Made by a program: the position numbers and the translations under genes. From Acaryochloris marina S15 (GTDB lineage Bacteria > Cyanobacteriota > Cyanobacteriia > Thermosynechococcales > Thermosynechococcaceae): 32,000 nucleotides of DNA. The stretch's first letter is position 1. Each line of letters begins with the position of its first letter. Location of the stretch: contig NZ_CP064923.1 of NCBI RefSeq assembly GCF_018336915.1, forward strand, positions 3,720,001-3,752,000. The letters are read 5' to 3'. Positions 1-9,028 of this stretch are shown in pieces. The notes under the pieces are model-generated. The model worked only from the letters and a program-made list of their open reading frames with translations. It was not told the DNA's origin and did no database searches.

Positions 1-1146
1 CCCGCGACCTCACGCCAAGTTCAAGCCCTGGGCCAAGTTGTGACCCAATGCTTCAATGTGTCTCCTGAGCATTGGCAGACCTATGCGCGTCAGCTTGGGC
101 AAGATAATTTAAGGGTGATTTGCCACGGCCCTAAGGTCTTGGGTGGCCTTGGTATTTATCCCATGGGGCAGTGGTTTGGGGGGCAGCGAATTCCCATGCA
201 TGGCATTGCTGGGGTAGGAGTAGCTCCAGAATATCGAGGGGCAGGGGTAGCCCAGTTCCTTATGACAGAAACGGTGAAAACTTTGCATCAGCAGGGCGTT
301 CCGTTAGCCACCCTGTATGCTTCCACTTCACAACTCTACCGAAGCGTGGGGTTTGAACAAGCGGGCACCTACTGTCGCTATCAGCTCCCCACTCAGTCCT
401 TGACGATTAAAGATCGCAGTTTACCTATAACGGCGATTGACCTCAGCGATTTAGCTGTCCTAGCCGAGCTGTATCAGCAGCGGGCCCAACAAACCAACGG
501 CAACCTGGATCGACATCCAGCCATTTGGGAGCAGATGCTGGAGGATGATACCCCTATCTATGCCTACCTAATTGGGGAAGAGGCGCACCCGGAGGGATAT
601 GTTATCTTTGCCCATCAGGTTGATTCTGGGTGTTACAACATCAATATTTACGACTGGGTGTGGTTAACCCCCGCCGCAGGGCAACGACTGTGGACCTTTT
701 TCGCCGATCATCGATCCTTGGCCCAGGACATCTTCTGGTATGGGGCTCCAGTTGACCCATTTCAACTGATGCTGGCGGAACAAACCTATCAGGTGCAAAA
801 AACGGAGCGCTGGTTGTTGCGGATTGTCGATTTACCGAAGGCGTTAACTTTGCGGGGCTACCCACCGGCCCTTGAAGCAGAGCTGCATTTACAGGTAGAA
901 GATCCGCTCGTGCCTGCCAACTCGGGTCAGTTTGTATTGCAAGTGTCGCAAGGGCAGGGACAAGTGAGAACGGGGGGGCGGGGCGACTTGAAGTTGAATA
1001 TTCGAGGTCTTGCTCCTCTATATTCCAGCATGTTGACAGCGCAGGAGTTGAAACTGCTGGGAGCTGTAGATGGATCGAGGGAGGTCCTGGCTTTGGCGAC
1101 TATGCTCTTTAGTGGTCCTCAACCTTGGCTGAGCGATCACTTTTAG
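1..1146 (+). CDS. GNAT-family N-acetyltransferase, Eis-like (acetyltransferase plus SCP2-like C-terminal region); 5' end probably outside the window
   Basis: The reading frame is open from base 1, with no stop before the listed start at 40. It has a GNAT acetyl-CoA loop-like motif (GVAPEYRGAGVAQFLM) and an Eis-type length of about 370-400 aa. Confidence 0.65.
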   Translation, partial: PATSRQVQALGQVVTQCFNVSPEHWQTYARQLGQDNLRVICHGPKVLGGLGIYPMGQWFGGQRIPMHGIAGVGVAPEYRGAGVAQFLMTETVKTLHQQGVPLATLYASTSQLYRSVGFEQAGTYCRYQLPTQSLTIKDRSLPITAIDLSDLAVLAELYQQRAQQTNGNLDRHPAIWEQMLEDDTPIYAYLIGEEAHPEGYVIFAHQVDSGCYNINIYDWVWLTPAAGQRLWTFFADHRSLAQDIFWYGAPVDPFQLMLAEQTYQVQKTERWLLRIVDLPKALTLRGYPPALEAELHLQVEDPLVPANSGQFVLQVSQGQGQVRTGGRGDLKLNIRGLAPLYSSMLTAQELKLLGAVDGSREVLALATMLFSGPQPWLSDHF

Positions 1147-1162
1147 CTGAGGTGCTGCCAAA

Positions 1163-1963
1163 TTAGCTTATGGCAACTTTAATGAGCGTGATCGCCGCGA
1201 CGACCCAAAGGTAAGGGGCAAACCATTTAAACTGTCCCTTTTTTAAGACAGAAAACAACCAAAGCAACGCAATGTAGCCCGTAATAAAAGAGGCAATAAT
1301 CATGCCAAGGAGGGGAGCGAGTTGCAGCCCTTCTTCTCGCACTTCATCGATACCCAAAATAGCGACACCGAAGGACACTACCAAATACATGAGAAAAGAG
1401 AATCGGGGTGCCAAATCGGATGTAGCACCTCGCCAGAGCATAGTGGAAATGGTACTACCCGACCGAGAAATTCCTGGAATGACGGCACAGCCTTGAGCAA
1501 TGCCGCCAATGGTGGCATCTAGCCAACCTAGAGACATGGCATTCCCCTTGAGGCCAGACTTGGGGGTGAACCACAGCACGATTCCCGTGACAATAAGCGC
1601 AAAGGAAACATACAGCGGCTGATTGAGTTCTTCAAAAATCGGTTTCAATCCCAAACCAATCATGGCCGTGGGAATGGAGCCTAAAACAACGAGTAACGCC
1701 ATCCGCCACCCTTCTTGCTGGCGAGCTGCAGACGAAGTGAGGCCTGCAAAAAAGCCAGATAGAGCTTGCCAGACATCCTTACGAAGGACAACTAGAACAG
1801 CAAAAAAGGTACCCGTGTTCGTGGCTATATCCACATAGAGCGGCAGCTTTTCCCACCAACCTAAGTAATAGCTGGCGAGCACTAAATGCCCAGAACTGGA
1901 GACGGGCAGAAACTCAGTGAGTCCTTGCACAATCCCCAAAATAATTGCTTGCAGTAAGGTCAT
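1163..1963 (-). CDS. uppP: undecaprenyl-diphosphate phosphatase (BacA/UppP)
   Basis: The N-terminus MTLLQAIILGIVQGLTEFLPVSSSGHLVL is the canonical UppP signature. A second conserved PGISRSGSTI motif is present, and the 266-aa protein is polytopic membrane. Confidence 0.92.
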   Translation of the reverse strand: MTLLQAIILGIVQGLTEFLPVSSSGHLVLASYYLGWWEKLPLYVDIATNTGTFFAVLVVLRKDVWQALSGFFAGLTSSAARQQEGWRMALLVVLGSIPTAMIGLGLKPIFEELNQPLYVSFALIVTGIVLWFTPKSGLKGNAMSLGWLDATIGGIAQGCAVIPGISRSGSTISTMLWRGATSDLAPRFSFLMYLVVSFGVAILGIDEVREEGLQLAPLLGMIIASFITGYIALLWLFSVLKKGQFKWFAPYLWVVAAITLIKVAIS

Positions 1964-2037
1964 AGCCGTTTAAAGGGAATGAAGAGAAATCGCGTTGTTT
2001 TAATATCCTTGGCGAATTTACCATTAATAACCTAGCT

Positions 2038-3597
2038 ATGGGGTACTTATGGATGGTGAATAACGACAATTTAGATGTAATCATCATCGGCAGTGGCATT
2101 GGTGGATTAAGCTGTGGGGCACTGTTAGCCCAGTATGGCCTCAAGGTTTTGGTATGTGAAAGTCATACTTTGCCAGGGGGAGCGGCTCATGGATTCCAAC
2201 GCCAGGGCTATACCTTTGACTCGGGGCCTTCTCTATTTTCGGGATTATCCTTTAGTCCATCTCCTAACCCCTTACGCCAGGTCTTGGATGCCATTGATGA
2301 GGATCTGGAATGGGCCACCTACGATACTTGGGGATGTTGTTTACCGGAGGGGAATTTCTTTACCTCTGTCGGGGCCGATCAATTTTGTGATGTCGTGCAG
2401 GAGTTGAGAGGAGACTCAGCGGTTGCCGAATGGCGGACCTTGCAGCAACGAATGGAGCCATTGAAAGAGGCTGCGATCGCACTTCCTGCTGCAGCAATAC
2501 GGTTTGACTTAGGTGTATTACAAACCGTTGGTCGGTTTATCCCCAAGCTGCTCAAACAAATCCCCTACCTCAGCCAACTCACAGGTCCCTTTAGCCAGGT
2601 GATTGAGGGACAAGTCACGGACCCATTTCTGCTTAACTGGCTAGATTTAATGAGTTTTTTATTGGCAGGGTTACCCGCAGATGGGATTATTGCGGCGGAA
2701 ATGGCTTTTATGTTTGGGGAATGGTATCGCCCGGATGTGGTGTTGGATTATCCCATCGGTGGCAGTGGTGCGATCGCAGATGCACTACTCCGAGGCTTGA
2801 CAAAACAGGGCGGCCAAATTCGACTCGGTGCCCACGTTGAGGAGATTCTGATTGAGAACCAGCGAGCCGTTGGGGTGCGATTGCGGACAGGTGAGGAATT
2901 GCGATGCCGTCAGGCGGTGATTTCTAATGCGTCTTTTTGGGATACAGCCTCTTTACTGCCCGCTTCCCATACTCGCTATCGCCAAAAACAAACCTTGCCA
3001 GACTGCCCCAGCTTTATGCACTTGCACTTGGGTATTGACGGGCTGGACCTTCCCTCAGATTTAGCGTGTCACTACATTGTGGTTAACGATTGGCAGCAAG
3101 GGGTGACTGCGCCCCAGAACGTGGTGTTGGTGTCTATCCCATCCCTTCTGGATCCCTCTCTGACCCCAGAAAACAAACAGGTGATTCATGTCTATACCCC
3201 CGGTAATGAACCCTATGACCTCTGGCAAGGTTTGGACCATAATAGTGCTGCCTATGCCCAGCTTAAGCAGCAGCGAGCCGAGGTGATGTGGCAGGCTCTG
3301 GAGCGGATTATTCCCGATATTCGAGCCCGTTGCGAGGTGTCCTTAGTCGGTACGCCTTTAACCCATGAGCGCTTTTTACGCCGCCATCGGGGTACTTATG
3401 GCCCAGGGATTCGGGCAGGTCAAGGCCTTTTCCCCGGCCCCAAAACAAAAATTCCGGGTCTGCTTTGCTGTGGTGACTCCACTTTTCCGGGTATTGGTAT
3501 GCCTGCGGTTGCGGCCAGTGGATTCTTAGGGGCCCATGCGCTAGTCCCTGCCCAGCAACAGCTGGAAATGCTTCGACATATTGGCTGCATAAATTAA
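2038..3597 (+). CDS. FAD-dependent oxidoreductase of the phytoene desaturase / carotenoid isomerase (CrtISO-like) family
   Basis: The N-terminus has a Rossmann dinucleotide motif (DVIIIGSGIGGLSCGALLA...VCESHTLPGGAAHGF). The C-terminal GDSTFPGIGMPAVAASG is typical of the CrtI family. The true start may be the internal M at 2053. Confidence 0.75.
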   Translation: MGYLWMVNNDNLDVIIIGSGIGGLSCGALLAQYGLKVLVCESHTLPGGAAHGFQRQGYTFDSGPSLFSGLSFSPSPNPLRQVLDAIDEDLEWATYDTWGCCLPEGNFFTSVGADQFCDVVQELRGDSAVAEWRTLQQRMEPLKEAAIALPAAAIRFDLGVLQTVGRFIPKLLKQIPYLSQLTGPFSQVIEGQVTDPFLLNWLDLMSFLLAGLPADGIIAAEMAFMFGEWYRPDVVLDYPIGGSGAIADALLRGLTKQGGQIRLGAHVEEILIENQRAVGVRLRTGEELRCRQAVISNASFWDTASLLPASHTRYRQKQTLPDCPSFMHLHLGIDGLDLPSDLACHYIVVNDWQQGVTAPQNVVLVSIPSLLDPSLTPENKQVIHVYTPGNEPYDLWQGLDHNSAAYAQLKQQRAEVMWQALERIIPDIRARCEVSLVGTPLTHERFLRRHRGTYGPGIRAGQGLFPGPKTKIPGLLCCGDSTFPGIGMPAVAASGFLGAHALVPAQQQLEMLRHIGCIN

Positions 3598-3822
3598 AGG
3601 CTAGAGTTTCAGGGGGGACTGGAGAGGATTAACCACAATTCTCAACAAAGGGAAGAGGCGTTGGTCAGTATGGTAATGCCCTTTTAAGGCAGTGGCTATG
3701 TGTCTATGAAAGAGAATTTGGCGTTATCCTTAGGGGTAGGGTAATCAATTCATGTAGTGGCTTGCTGCTACATTGTTCAGTCGATTGGTCTAAATCCTCA
3801 GCAAACCTGTCTTCAAAAACGC

Positions 3823-4650
3823 ATGAACATTCTCTCTAATCTATTGGCTCAGCCTGCCCAACCCTCTATATCGAAGCAACGTGGTCGAGGGATTGAAATC
3901 AAGTCCAAGCGTGAGATTGAGATCATGCGACAGTCGTCTCGGATTGTAGCCACTGTCCTGAAAGAGATTTCTGAACTGGTCGAACCGGGCATGACCACTG
4001 CCGATTTAGATGCCCATGCTGAAAAGCGAATTCGTGAGATGGGGGCTACCCCTAGTTTCAAGGGATATCACGGTTTTCCAGCCTCTATTTGTGCCAGCAT
4101 TAATCACGAAGTGGTACATGGTATTCCCAACTCCAAAAAAGTCATTCAGTCGGGTGATGTTTTAAAAGTGGATACAGGCGCATTTTTTGAAGGCTTCCAC
4201 GGTGATTCCTGCATTACGATTGCGGTGGAAGAAGTAACCGATGATGCCGCCAAGCTGATTCGAGTGGCTGAAGAATCTCTCTTCAAAGGGATTGAGCAGG
4301 TTAAAGAAGGTAATTATCTAATGGATATTGCCGGGGCTATTCAAGACCATGTGGAAGGAAATGGTTTTGTAGTCGTCGAAGATTTCACGGGACATGGGGT
4401 AGGTCGCAATCTCCATGAAGAACCCTCAGTGTTTAACTACCGCACTCCTCAGATGCGTAATGTCAAACTCCGTTCGGGAATGACATTAGCGATTGAACCG
4501 ATTCTCAATGCCGGAACTAAGGTGACCAAGATTCTTCGCGACCGCTGGACGGCGGTTACGGTTGATAACGCTCTGTCAGCCCAATTTGAGCACACAATCC
4601 TGGTGACCAAGACAGGCTATGAGATTCTGACAGACCGTAATCTAGTATAG
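3823..4650 (+). CDS. map: type I methionine aminopeptidase
   Basis: Motifs seen are [48 protein letters not shown] and EPIL...FEHT (metal ligands). I prefer the ATG at 3823 over the GTG at 3757, which would add a non-conserved leader. Confidence 0.9.
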   Translation: MNILSNLLAQPAQPSISKQRGRGIEIKSKREIEIMRQSSRIVATVLKEISELVEPGMTTADLDAHAEKRIREMGATPSFKGYHGFPASICASINHEVVHGIPNSKKVIQSGDVLKVDTGAFFEGFHGDSCITIAVEEVTDDAAKLIRVAEESLFKGIEQVKEGNYLMDIAGAIQDHVEGNGFVVVEDFTGHGVGRNLHEEPSVFNYRTPQMRNVKLRSGMTLAIEPILNAGTKVTKILRDRWTAVTVDNALSAQFEHTILVTKTGYEILTDRNLV

Positions 4651-4692
4651 GAATAACTGCCCCTAAACTTGCAGCAGATCATAGGCCTTTAT

Positions 4693-4715
4693 CTTCACTG
4701 CTTGATGCAGTGAAG
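4693..4715 (+). terminator. stem-loop downstream of map (9-bp perfect stem CTTCACTGC/GCAGTGAAG, 5-nt loop)
   Basis: Read directly: 4693-4701 pairs with 4707-4715. The hairpin lies about 45 nt after the map stop. No clear U-tract follows, so terminator function is uncertain. Confidence 0.35.
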
Positions 4716-4764
4716 TAATGTTCTCCTGATAAAAAAGTTGTTGTGCAGCTTTATTAAACGAGAA

Positions 4765-5001
4765 ATGCTTCAAGCATTAGCAGCGATAGGGATCTTAATT
4801 CTGGCTTCTGGTTGTCAGTCAACAGACAGAATTGATAAAACAATCGATAGCTCAGTTTGCGAGTCAGGTAAGGACGGATGGGTTAATCCAACTGCAGTGA
4901 CTCCTGATGCCGTGTCCCCGTGCAATAGAGGATCCACGGGGACATGTCCTAGTTCAGACTATCAGTACCTGAAAGGGACAGGATGGTGCGCCCCAAAGTA
5001 G
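4765..5001 (+). CDS. small Cys-rich putative lipoprotein
   Basis: It has a signal peptide with a lipobox (MLQALAAIGILILASGC). The mature part has five further Cys residues. No family was recognised. Confidence 0.4.
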   Translation: MLQALAAIGILILASGCQSTDRIDKTIDSSVCESGKDGWVNPTAVTPDAVSPCNRGSTGTCPSSDYQYLKGTGWCAPK

Positions 5002-5143
5002 TCGCACAGCGAATTGAGATAACGGATGGGCTTGAGATTCGAGTTTATTGCTTGAGAAGTCTGGTGTTAGTATCGTTCAGCCTCCCGCCAGCCGCAAATG
5101 CCTAGCTCGGTAGCCTGTGGATTCCAATCGCTACAATCGCATC

Positions 5144-6340
5144 ATGATTAAGCGAAGAGAATTCTGTCGATATGCAATAGGCTCAGCCGGTTTAGCTGGA
5201 ATTGCCGGCAGTCATCTAACCTTTGCCAAACCCTCCAAATGGGTTCCATCCAAATCACGCCATAAATGGGCTGTTTTGTACTGGATGCCCTACGATAACG
5301 ACCTTTCGCATTTTGGTGAACCTATCATTGAAATGCTGACTTGTGGCACTCAAAATTCTGAAGTAGCCGTAACGGTTCAATCTGACTATTGGGGAAAATC
5401 CCGAATGCGCCGTCGTCAGATTGTGAAGGGTGCTGTCACTGAGATCGAGGTCTTAGGAGAAGACAGTAGCGATAACGCCGCTTTTGTAGCGTATTTGAAT
5501 TGGGCCAATCACACCTTTGAAGCTGACTATTGGGCCGTTATGGTGGTGGGTCATGGTGGCAAGATTAATGAACTGAGTCCAGATGATCACACCCAAAATC
5601 ATCAGACACGCACCTGGATGAAGGTTGACCAATTTACCCGGGCTGTCAGTCAATTCAACCAGTCGGTTCATGGCCAGGTTGAGCTACTGTATTTCCAAAA
5701 TTGCAACAAAGCGACCCTTGAAGTGATTTACGAAGCCAGGGACTGTGCGCGATACACCCTTGCCTCGCAACTTACCCTTGGTGCTCCTAATTACTACTAT
5801 GAGGATTGGCTGAAACAGCTTGACTCTTTGGCAAATGGACGCGAAGCCGCCGCCATCATCATGGATGCTGAAAGGGCTGATATGTATCACACCCTGACTT
5901 TAGTGGATAACCAAGCCGTCGGGGGAATTCCAGAAAAACTCTCCCAATTGCTCCAATCCATTCTGAAGAGTCATTTACCTACACTCAGTCAATTAAATAT
6001 TTCCACTTTTCAATACTTCGATGAGCTACATTGTGATGCGCTCAGTCTACTCAAGCGTCTCTCGGCATTCAGTGAACAAGGTGAGGATGAACTCATTGAA
6101 TTTACTGATTTTCTCAAAACCTCGGTGATCGTGTCCCATAAGACTGGAGGAAAACTTTTCGGTCCCCCTCTACCTAATGCTGAGACTGAAGCGTTGTGTG
6201 GCTTAGGTTTATATTTTCCTGAAACTCAACAAGATGTTACTCGTTATTCTTCTTTAGCCTTGTATCAGGGAGTGGACATAGTGGAGCTATATGCACGTTT
6301 AGTGGAGGGGCAGTCATATTCCCCTGACCTAGGTTTATAA
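5144..6340 (+). CDS. clostripain-like cysteine peptidase (MEROPS C11 family) with twin-arginine signal peptide
   Basis: The Tat motif is MIKRREFCRYAIGSAGLAGIAGSHLTFA. The C11-like blocks are WAVLYWMPYDNDL, a His-Gly block VMVVGHGG and a Cys block LLYFQNCNKAT. The ATG at 5144 is preferred over the GTG at 5117. Confidence 0.6.
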   Translation: MIKRREFCRYAIGSAGLAGIAGSHLTFAKPSKWVPSKSRHKWAVLYWMPYDNDLSHFGEPIIEMLTCGTQNSEVAVTVQSDYWGKSRMRRRQIVKGAVTEIEVLGEDSSDNAAFVAYLNWANHTFEADYWAVMVVGHGGKINELSPDDHTQNHQTRTWMKVDQFTRAVSQFNQSVHGQVELLYFQNCNKATLEVIYEARDCARYTLASQLTLGAPNYYYEDWLKQLDSLANGREAAAIIMDAERADMYHTLTLVDNQAVGGIPEKLSQLLQSILKSHLPTLSQLNISTFQYFDELHCDALSLLKRLSAFSEQGEDELIEFTDFLKTSVIVSHKTGGKLFGPPLPNAETEALCGLGLYFPETQQDVTRYSSLALYQGVDIVELYARLVEGQSYSPDLGL

Positions 6341-6425
6341 GCTCAACAGGAAGGAACGCAGGGTCGTGCCTCAAGTAATTGTGGGTTGAGTATACTAGAG
6401 GCTCAGCTCAGCTTCTAACCTACCC

Positions 6426-6803
6426 ATGCAATGCCCACTATGCGGTCATTCCAAAGCACACAAGCATGGCAAGATGCCCAACATGCTTCAACGATACCGT
6501 TGTCCTGAGTGCCAGCAGACCTTTACTGAACGCTTTGATACCCTTTACTATCGTCGTCAGGTGAGTCCAGAGCAGGTCCGACAAGTCCTCCAAGCCCATG
6601 CAGAAGGGAGTAGTCTTCGAGGTATCACTCGGACCAGTGGCCTGGCTTACAACACTGTAGTCTCTCTAGTAAGAGCTGCTAGCCAACGATCTCAGCAACT
6701 CCATAATGGTCAAGTGCAAGCCGTTGAAACGGAGGATGTCAGTGCAGATGAAATGTGGTCCTTTGTGAAAAAAAGCAAAAACACTGTCTTCCCCATGAGC
6801 TAG
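6426..6803 (+). CDS. insA: IS1-family InsA-like protein (zinc finger plus HTH), upstream frame of the transposase
   Basis: It has a CxxC...CxxC zinc finger (MQCPLCGH...RYRCPECQ) and the DEMWSFV motif just before the A-run. Confidence 0.8.
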   Translation: MQCPLCGHSKAHKHGKMPNMLQRYRCPECQQTFTERFDTLYYRRQVSPEQVRQVLQAHAEGSSLRGITRTSGLAYNTVVSLVRAASQRSQQLHNGQVQAVETEDVSADEMWSFVKKSKNTVFPMS

Positions 6804-7255
6804 AGATGGGTGATTGTTGGATGGCGATTACCTTGGCAAATACAAGCGGCGTGATCCTCTCGTGTCGTGTGGGCAAGCACACCGATTCATTATTGAATGA
6901 ACTGGTGACTAGCACTGAAGGTAAGACCGATTGCAAGGACTGGAATAGCGACGATTGGGGGGGGTACGAAAGAGTGTTGCCTTGGGAGATTGACCATTAC
7001 ATTGGCAAGGACAGAACTCAACGACTCGAACGCACCAATGGCATTATTCGACAGCACAGTGGTCGATGGCATCGACGCCAGAACAAATTTGGCAAAGTGT
7101 GGGCGCAAACCAAAGTCACTGCTCGATTAGTGGTCAGCTATTTCAATTGGATTTGGACACACAGTCGGCTTAAAACAACGGCGGCACAACGTGCTGATCT
7201 AGCCTCGCGAGCTTGGCATTGGGATGACATACTCACCTACCCCACAATTGTTTGA
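6755..7255 (+). CDS. insB: IS1-family InsB-like catalytic frame (expressed as an InsAB' fusion by -1 frameshift)
   Basis: This frame overlaps insA in the -1 frame. Continuing across the A-run gives DEMWSFVKKKQKHCLPHE...W.A, typical of IS1 transposases. The ORF ends inside the right IR. Confidence 0.8.
   Translation: MVLCEKKQKHCLPHELEMGDCWMAITLANTSGVILSCRVGKHTDSLLNELVTSTEGKTDCKDWNSDDWGGYERVLPWEIDHYIGKDRTQRLERTNGIIRQHSGRWHRRQNKFGKVWAQTKVTARLVVSYFNWIWTHSRLKTTAAQRADLASRAWHWDDILTYPTIV
6768..6774 (+). promoter_or_regulatory. A7 slippery run, the likely programmed -1 frameshift site of the IS1 transposase
   Basis: The sequence GTGAAAAAAAGC sits in the insA/insB overlap. IS1 elements are known to frameshift on an A-run. 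Confidence 0.6.
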
Positions 7256-7582
7256 TGCACGACCGAACGCAGCAAAGGGAGAAATATGATCCGTTGAGAT
7301 ATTTTGAGCTTTCAAAGGAAATAGCACTCTGTGCTGAAGCTTCCATGACATTTTATCTGGCTATTGCTACCCCCAGCGCCGATCGCTGATGCCCATGGGT
7401 GGCTTGAGTTAAAAATACGCTTAACGAAAAAAAAGAGCAAGGTAGAATCTCTTTGATTCAATTATATTTGCAGAAAAAATAAATATTGCTCTTCAAATTT
7501 CCATGAGCTAGATTAAGAACAGATATTTGGGAACTATTGGTTTACTGTCTCTAACGCATCTTCTGCTGTTTTAATTTCTCCC

Positions 7583-8131
7583 ATGAAAACTGAATTTATT
7601 AAAATTGCCTGTGTAGTAATTTCTGTCGGCACAATAGCCTTATTTGATATAGCTCAAGCAGCAGAGAAAAATATTCCAGAAACACCTTTACCAGGCTTGG
7701 ATCAACCGCGAAATTATTTGCCGAGTGCCCATGGAACTCGCCGGTTAGAACTCAGCATTAGTCGTCGCCAGGTGACATTATTGCAAGGCGATCAAGTCCT
7801 AAAATCCTATCCAGTCGCGGTAGGAAAAGCTGGCTGGCCTACGCCCGTGGGAGATTTTGCCGTGAAGACCAAAGTTCGCAATCCACCCTGGCAAAATCCT
7901 TTTCAGGGTAAAGGGTATGTGATTCCTGGCGGTGCCTCCGATAATCCCCTCGGCACCCGTTGGTTAGGATTTTGGACCAATGGCAAAAACTGGATTGGGT
8001 TTCATGGCACTCCCAACCGGGCGTCTGTTGGCTCAGCGGCGTCCCACGGTTGCGTCCGCATGTATGACGAACATATTCAGGAGTTATTTGAACTGGTTGC
8101 TGTGGGGACTCCCGTTAAGGTGACTCGTTAG
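7583..8131 (+). CDS. L,D-transpeptidase (YkuD domain), secreted
   Basis: It has an N-terminal signal peptide and the catalytic motif GFHGTP...ASHGCVRM. Confidence 0.85.
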   Translation: MKTEFIKIACVVISVGTIALFDIAQAAEKNIPETPLPGLDQPRNYLPSAHGTRRLELSISRRQVTLLQGDQVLKSYPVAVGKAGWPTPVGDFAVKTKVRNPPWQNPFQGKGYVIPGGASDNPLGTRWLGFWTNGKNWIGFHGTPNRASVGSAASHGCVRMYDEHIQELFELVAVGTPVKVTR

Positions 8132-8735
8132 ACCATAGTTCTGTCACGTCATAGCCCAGCTCTGTTAGCATCTGCCGCAGTAGCGGCAGACTCAGGCCAA
8201 TCACGTTGCTATGGCAGCCCCTAATCTGATCAACGAAGAGTCCACCTCGACCATCCAGGGCAAAACAGCCTGCACAGTGTAAAGGTTCACCGGTTTCTGC
8301 ATAGGCTCGGATTTGAGCATCCGTGAGGGGGGCGAAATCTACTTCGGTAATTTGGCAACGAACGAGCTGACGATTCTGCTGCAGATCGATCAGGGTATGT
8401 CCTGTGAGGAGGAGGCCCGTTTGACCGCGCAAGGTTTTCCATTTTGCGATCGCATCCTCAGTACCCTGGGGCTTGCCATAAATTTCTCCCCCCAACTCCA
8501 ATACAGAATCGCATCCCAACACTAATGCAGGAGACTGTTGCTGCTGAGCGACTACTTCAGCTTTGCCGGTAGCGAGGGTCGTTACCAAGGCTTCTGGATC
8601 CGTCGTGGTGATCTGAGACTCGTCAAAATGACTGGGAAGAACCATCGGATCGACACCCACTGTCTTCAGTAGTTGTCGACGAGCGGGTGAAGCAGACGCC
8701 AGAATGAAAGGGATAGTCATAGGGAGTGATACCAA
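8115..8735 (-). CDS. maf: Maf-like nucleoside triphosphate pyrophosphatase / septum formation protein
   Basis: The motifs [13 protein letters not shown] and GCDSVL plus GKP...A are Maf-type. The 3' end overlaps the convergent L,D-transpeptidase gene by 17 nt. Confidence 0.85.
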   Translation of the reverse strand: MVSLPMTIPFILASASPARRQLLKTVGVDPMVLPSHFDESQITTTDPEALVTTLATGKAEVVAQQQQSPALVLGCDSVLELGGEIYGKPQGTEDAIAKWKTLRGQTGLLLTGHTLIDLQQNRQLVRCQITEVDFAPLTDAQIRAYAETGEPLHCAGCFALDGRGGLFVDQIRGCHSNVIGLSLPLLRQMLTELGYDVTELWSNESP

Positions 8736-8806
8736 GCTGGTATCAGTCTAGAGGAGCTTGCCCTGCTTTTGGACCCAACTTAGCGATCATTCATTGATCG
8801 CAGCGC

Positions 8807-9028
8807 TTATGTACCAAAGCGAAACCCCAGAAAGAACAGAGTGATTCCTGCATAAACCAGTAAAGCCGATTTCGCGTTCTCCGATAGTTGACGCGAAGAT
8901 AAATCGATTGTCCCTAAAAACAAGCCCACCAGAAACTCACCGATACATCCCGTCAACCGAAAGCGATTTAAGGGAATATTGCCTTTTTCATCGACAATAA
9001 ACCGCAAGTAGCCTGCCAACAGACTGAT
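8807..9028 (-). pseudogene. 3' portion of a small hydrophobic-protein gene split by the ISKra4-like insertion
   Basis: The listed 70-aa ORF has no ATG. Deleting 9029-10523 (the IS plus one TSD copy) keeps the frame open into 10524-10625, with a candidate GTG at 10562-10560. That gives ...KSLLIPLFILGCISLLAGYLRFIVDEKG.... Confidence 0.5.

Larger units (their letters stand above)
6362..7264 (+). mobile_element. IS1-family insertion sequence (903 bp) with 24-bp imperfect terminal IRs and an 8-bp target duplication
   Basis: The left IR is GGTCGTGCCTCAAGTAATTGTGGG (6362-6385). It matches the reverse complement of 7241-7264 (GGTCGTGCATCAAACAATTGTGGG) at 21/24 positions. A direct repeat GAACGCAG flanks the element at 6354-6361 and 7265-7272. 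Confidence 0.88.

Noticed and set aside
8115-8131. 17-nt convergent overlap of the L,D-transpeptidase and maf 3' ends
   Set aside because: The overlap is real in the sequence but is a common arrangement. There is no evidence of special regulation.
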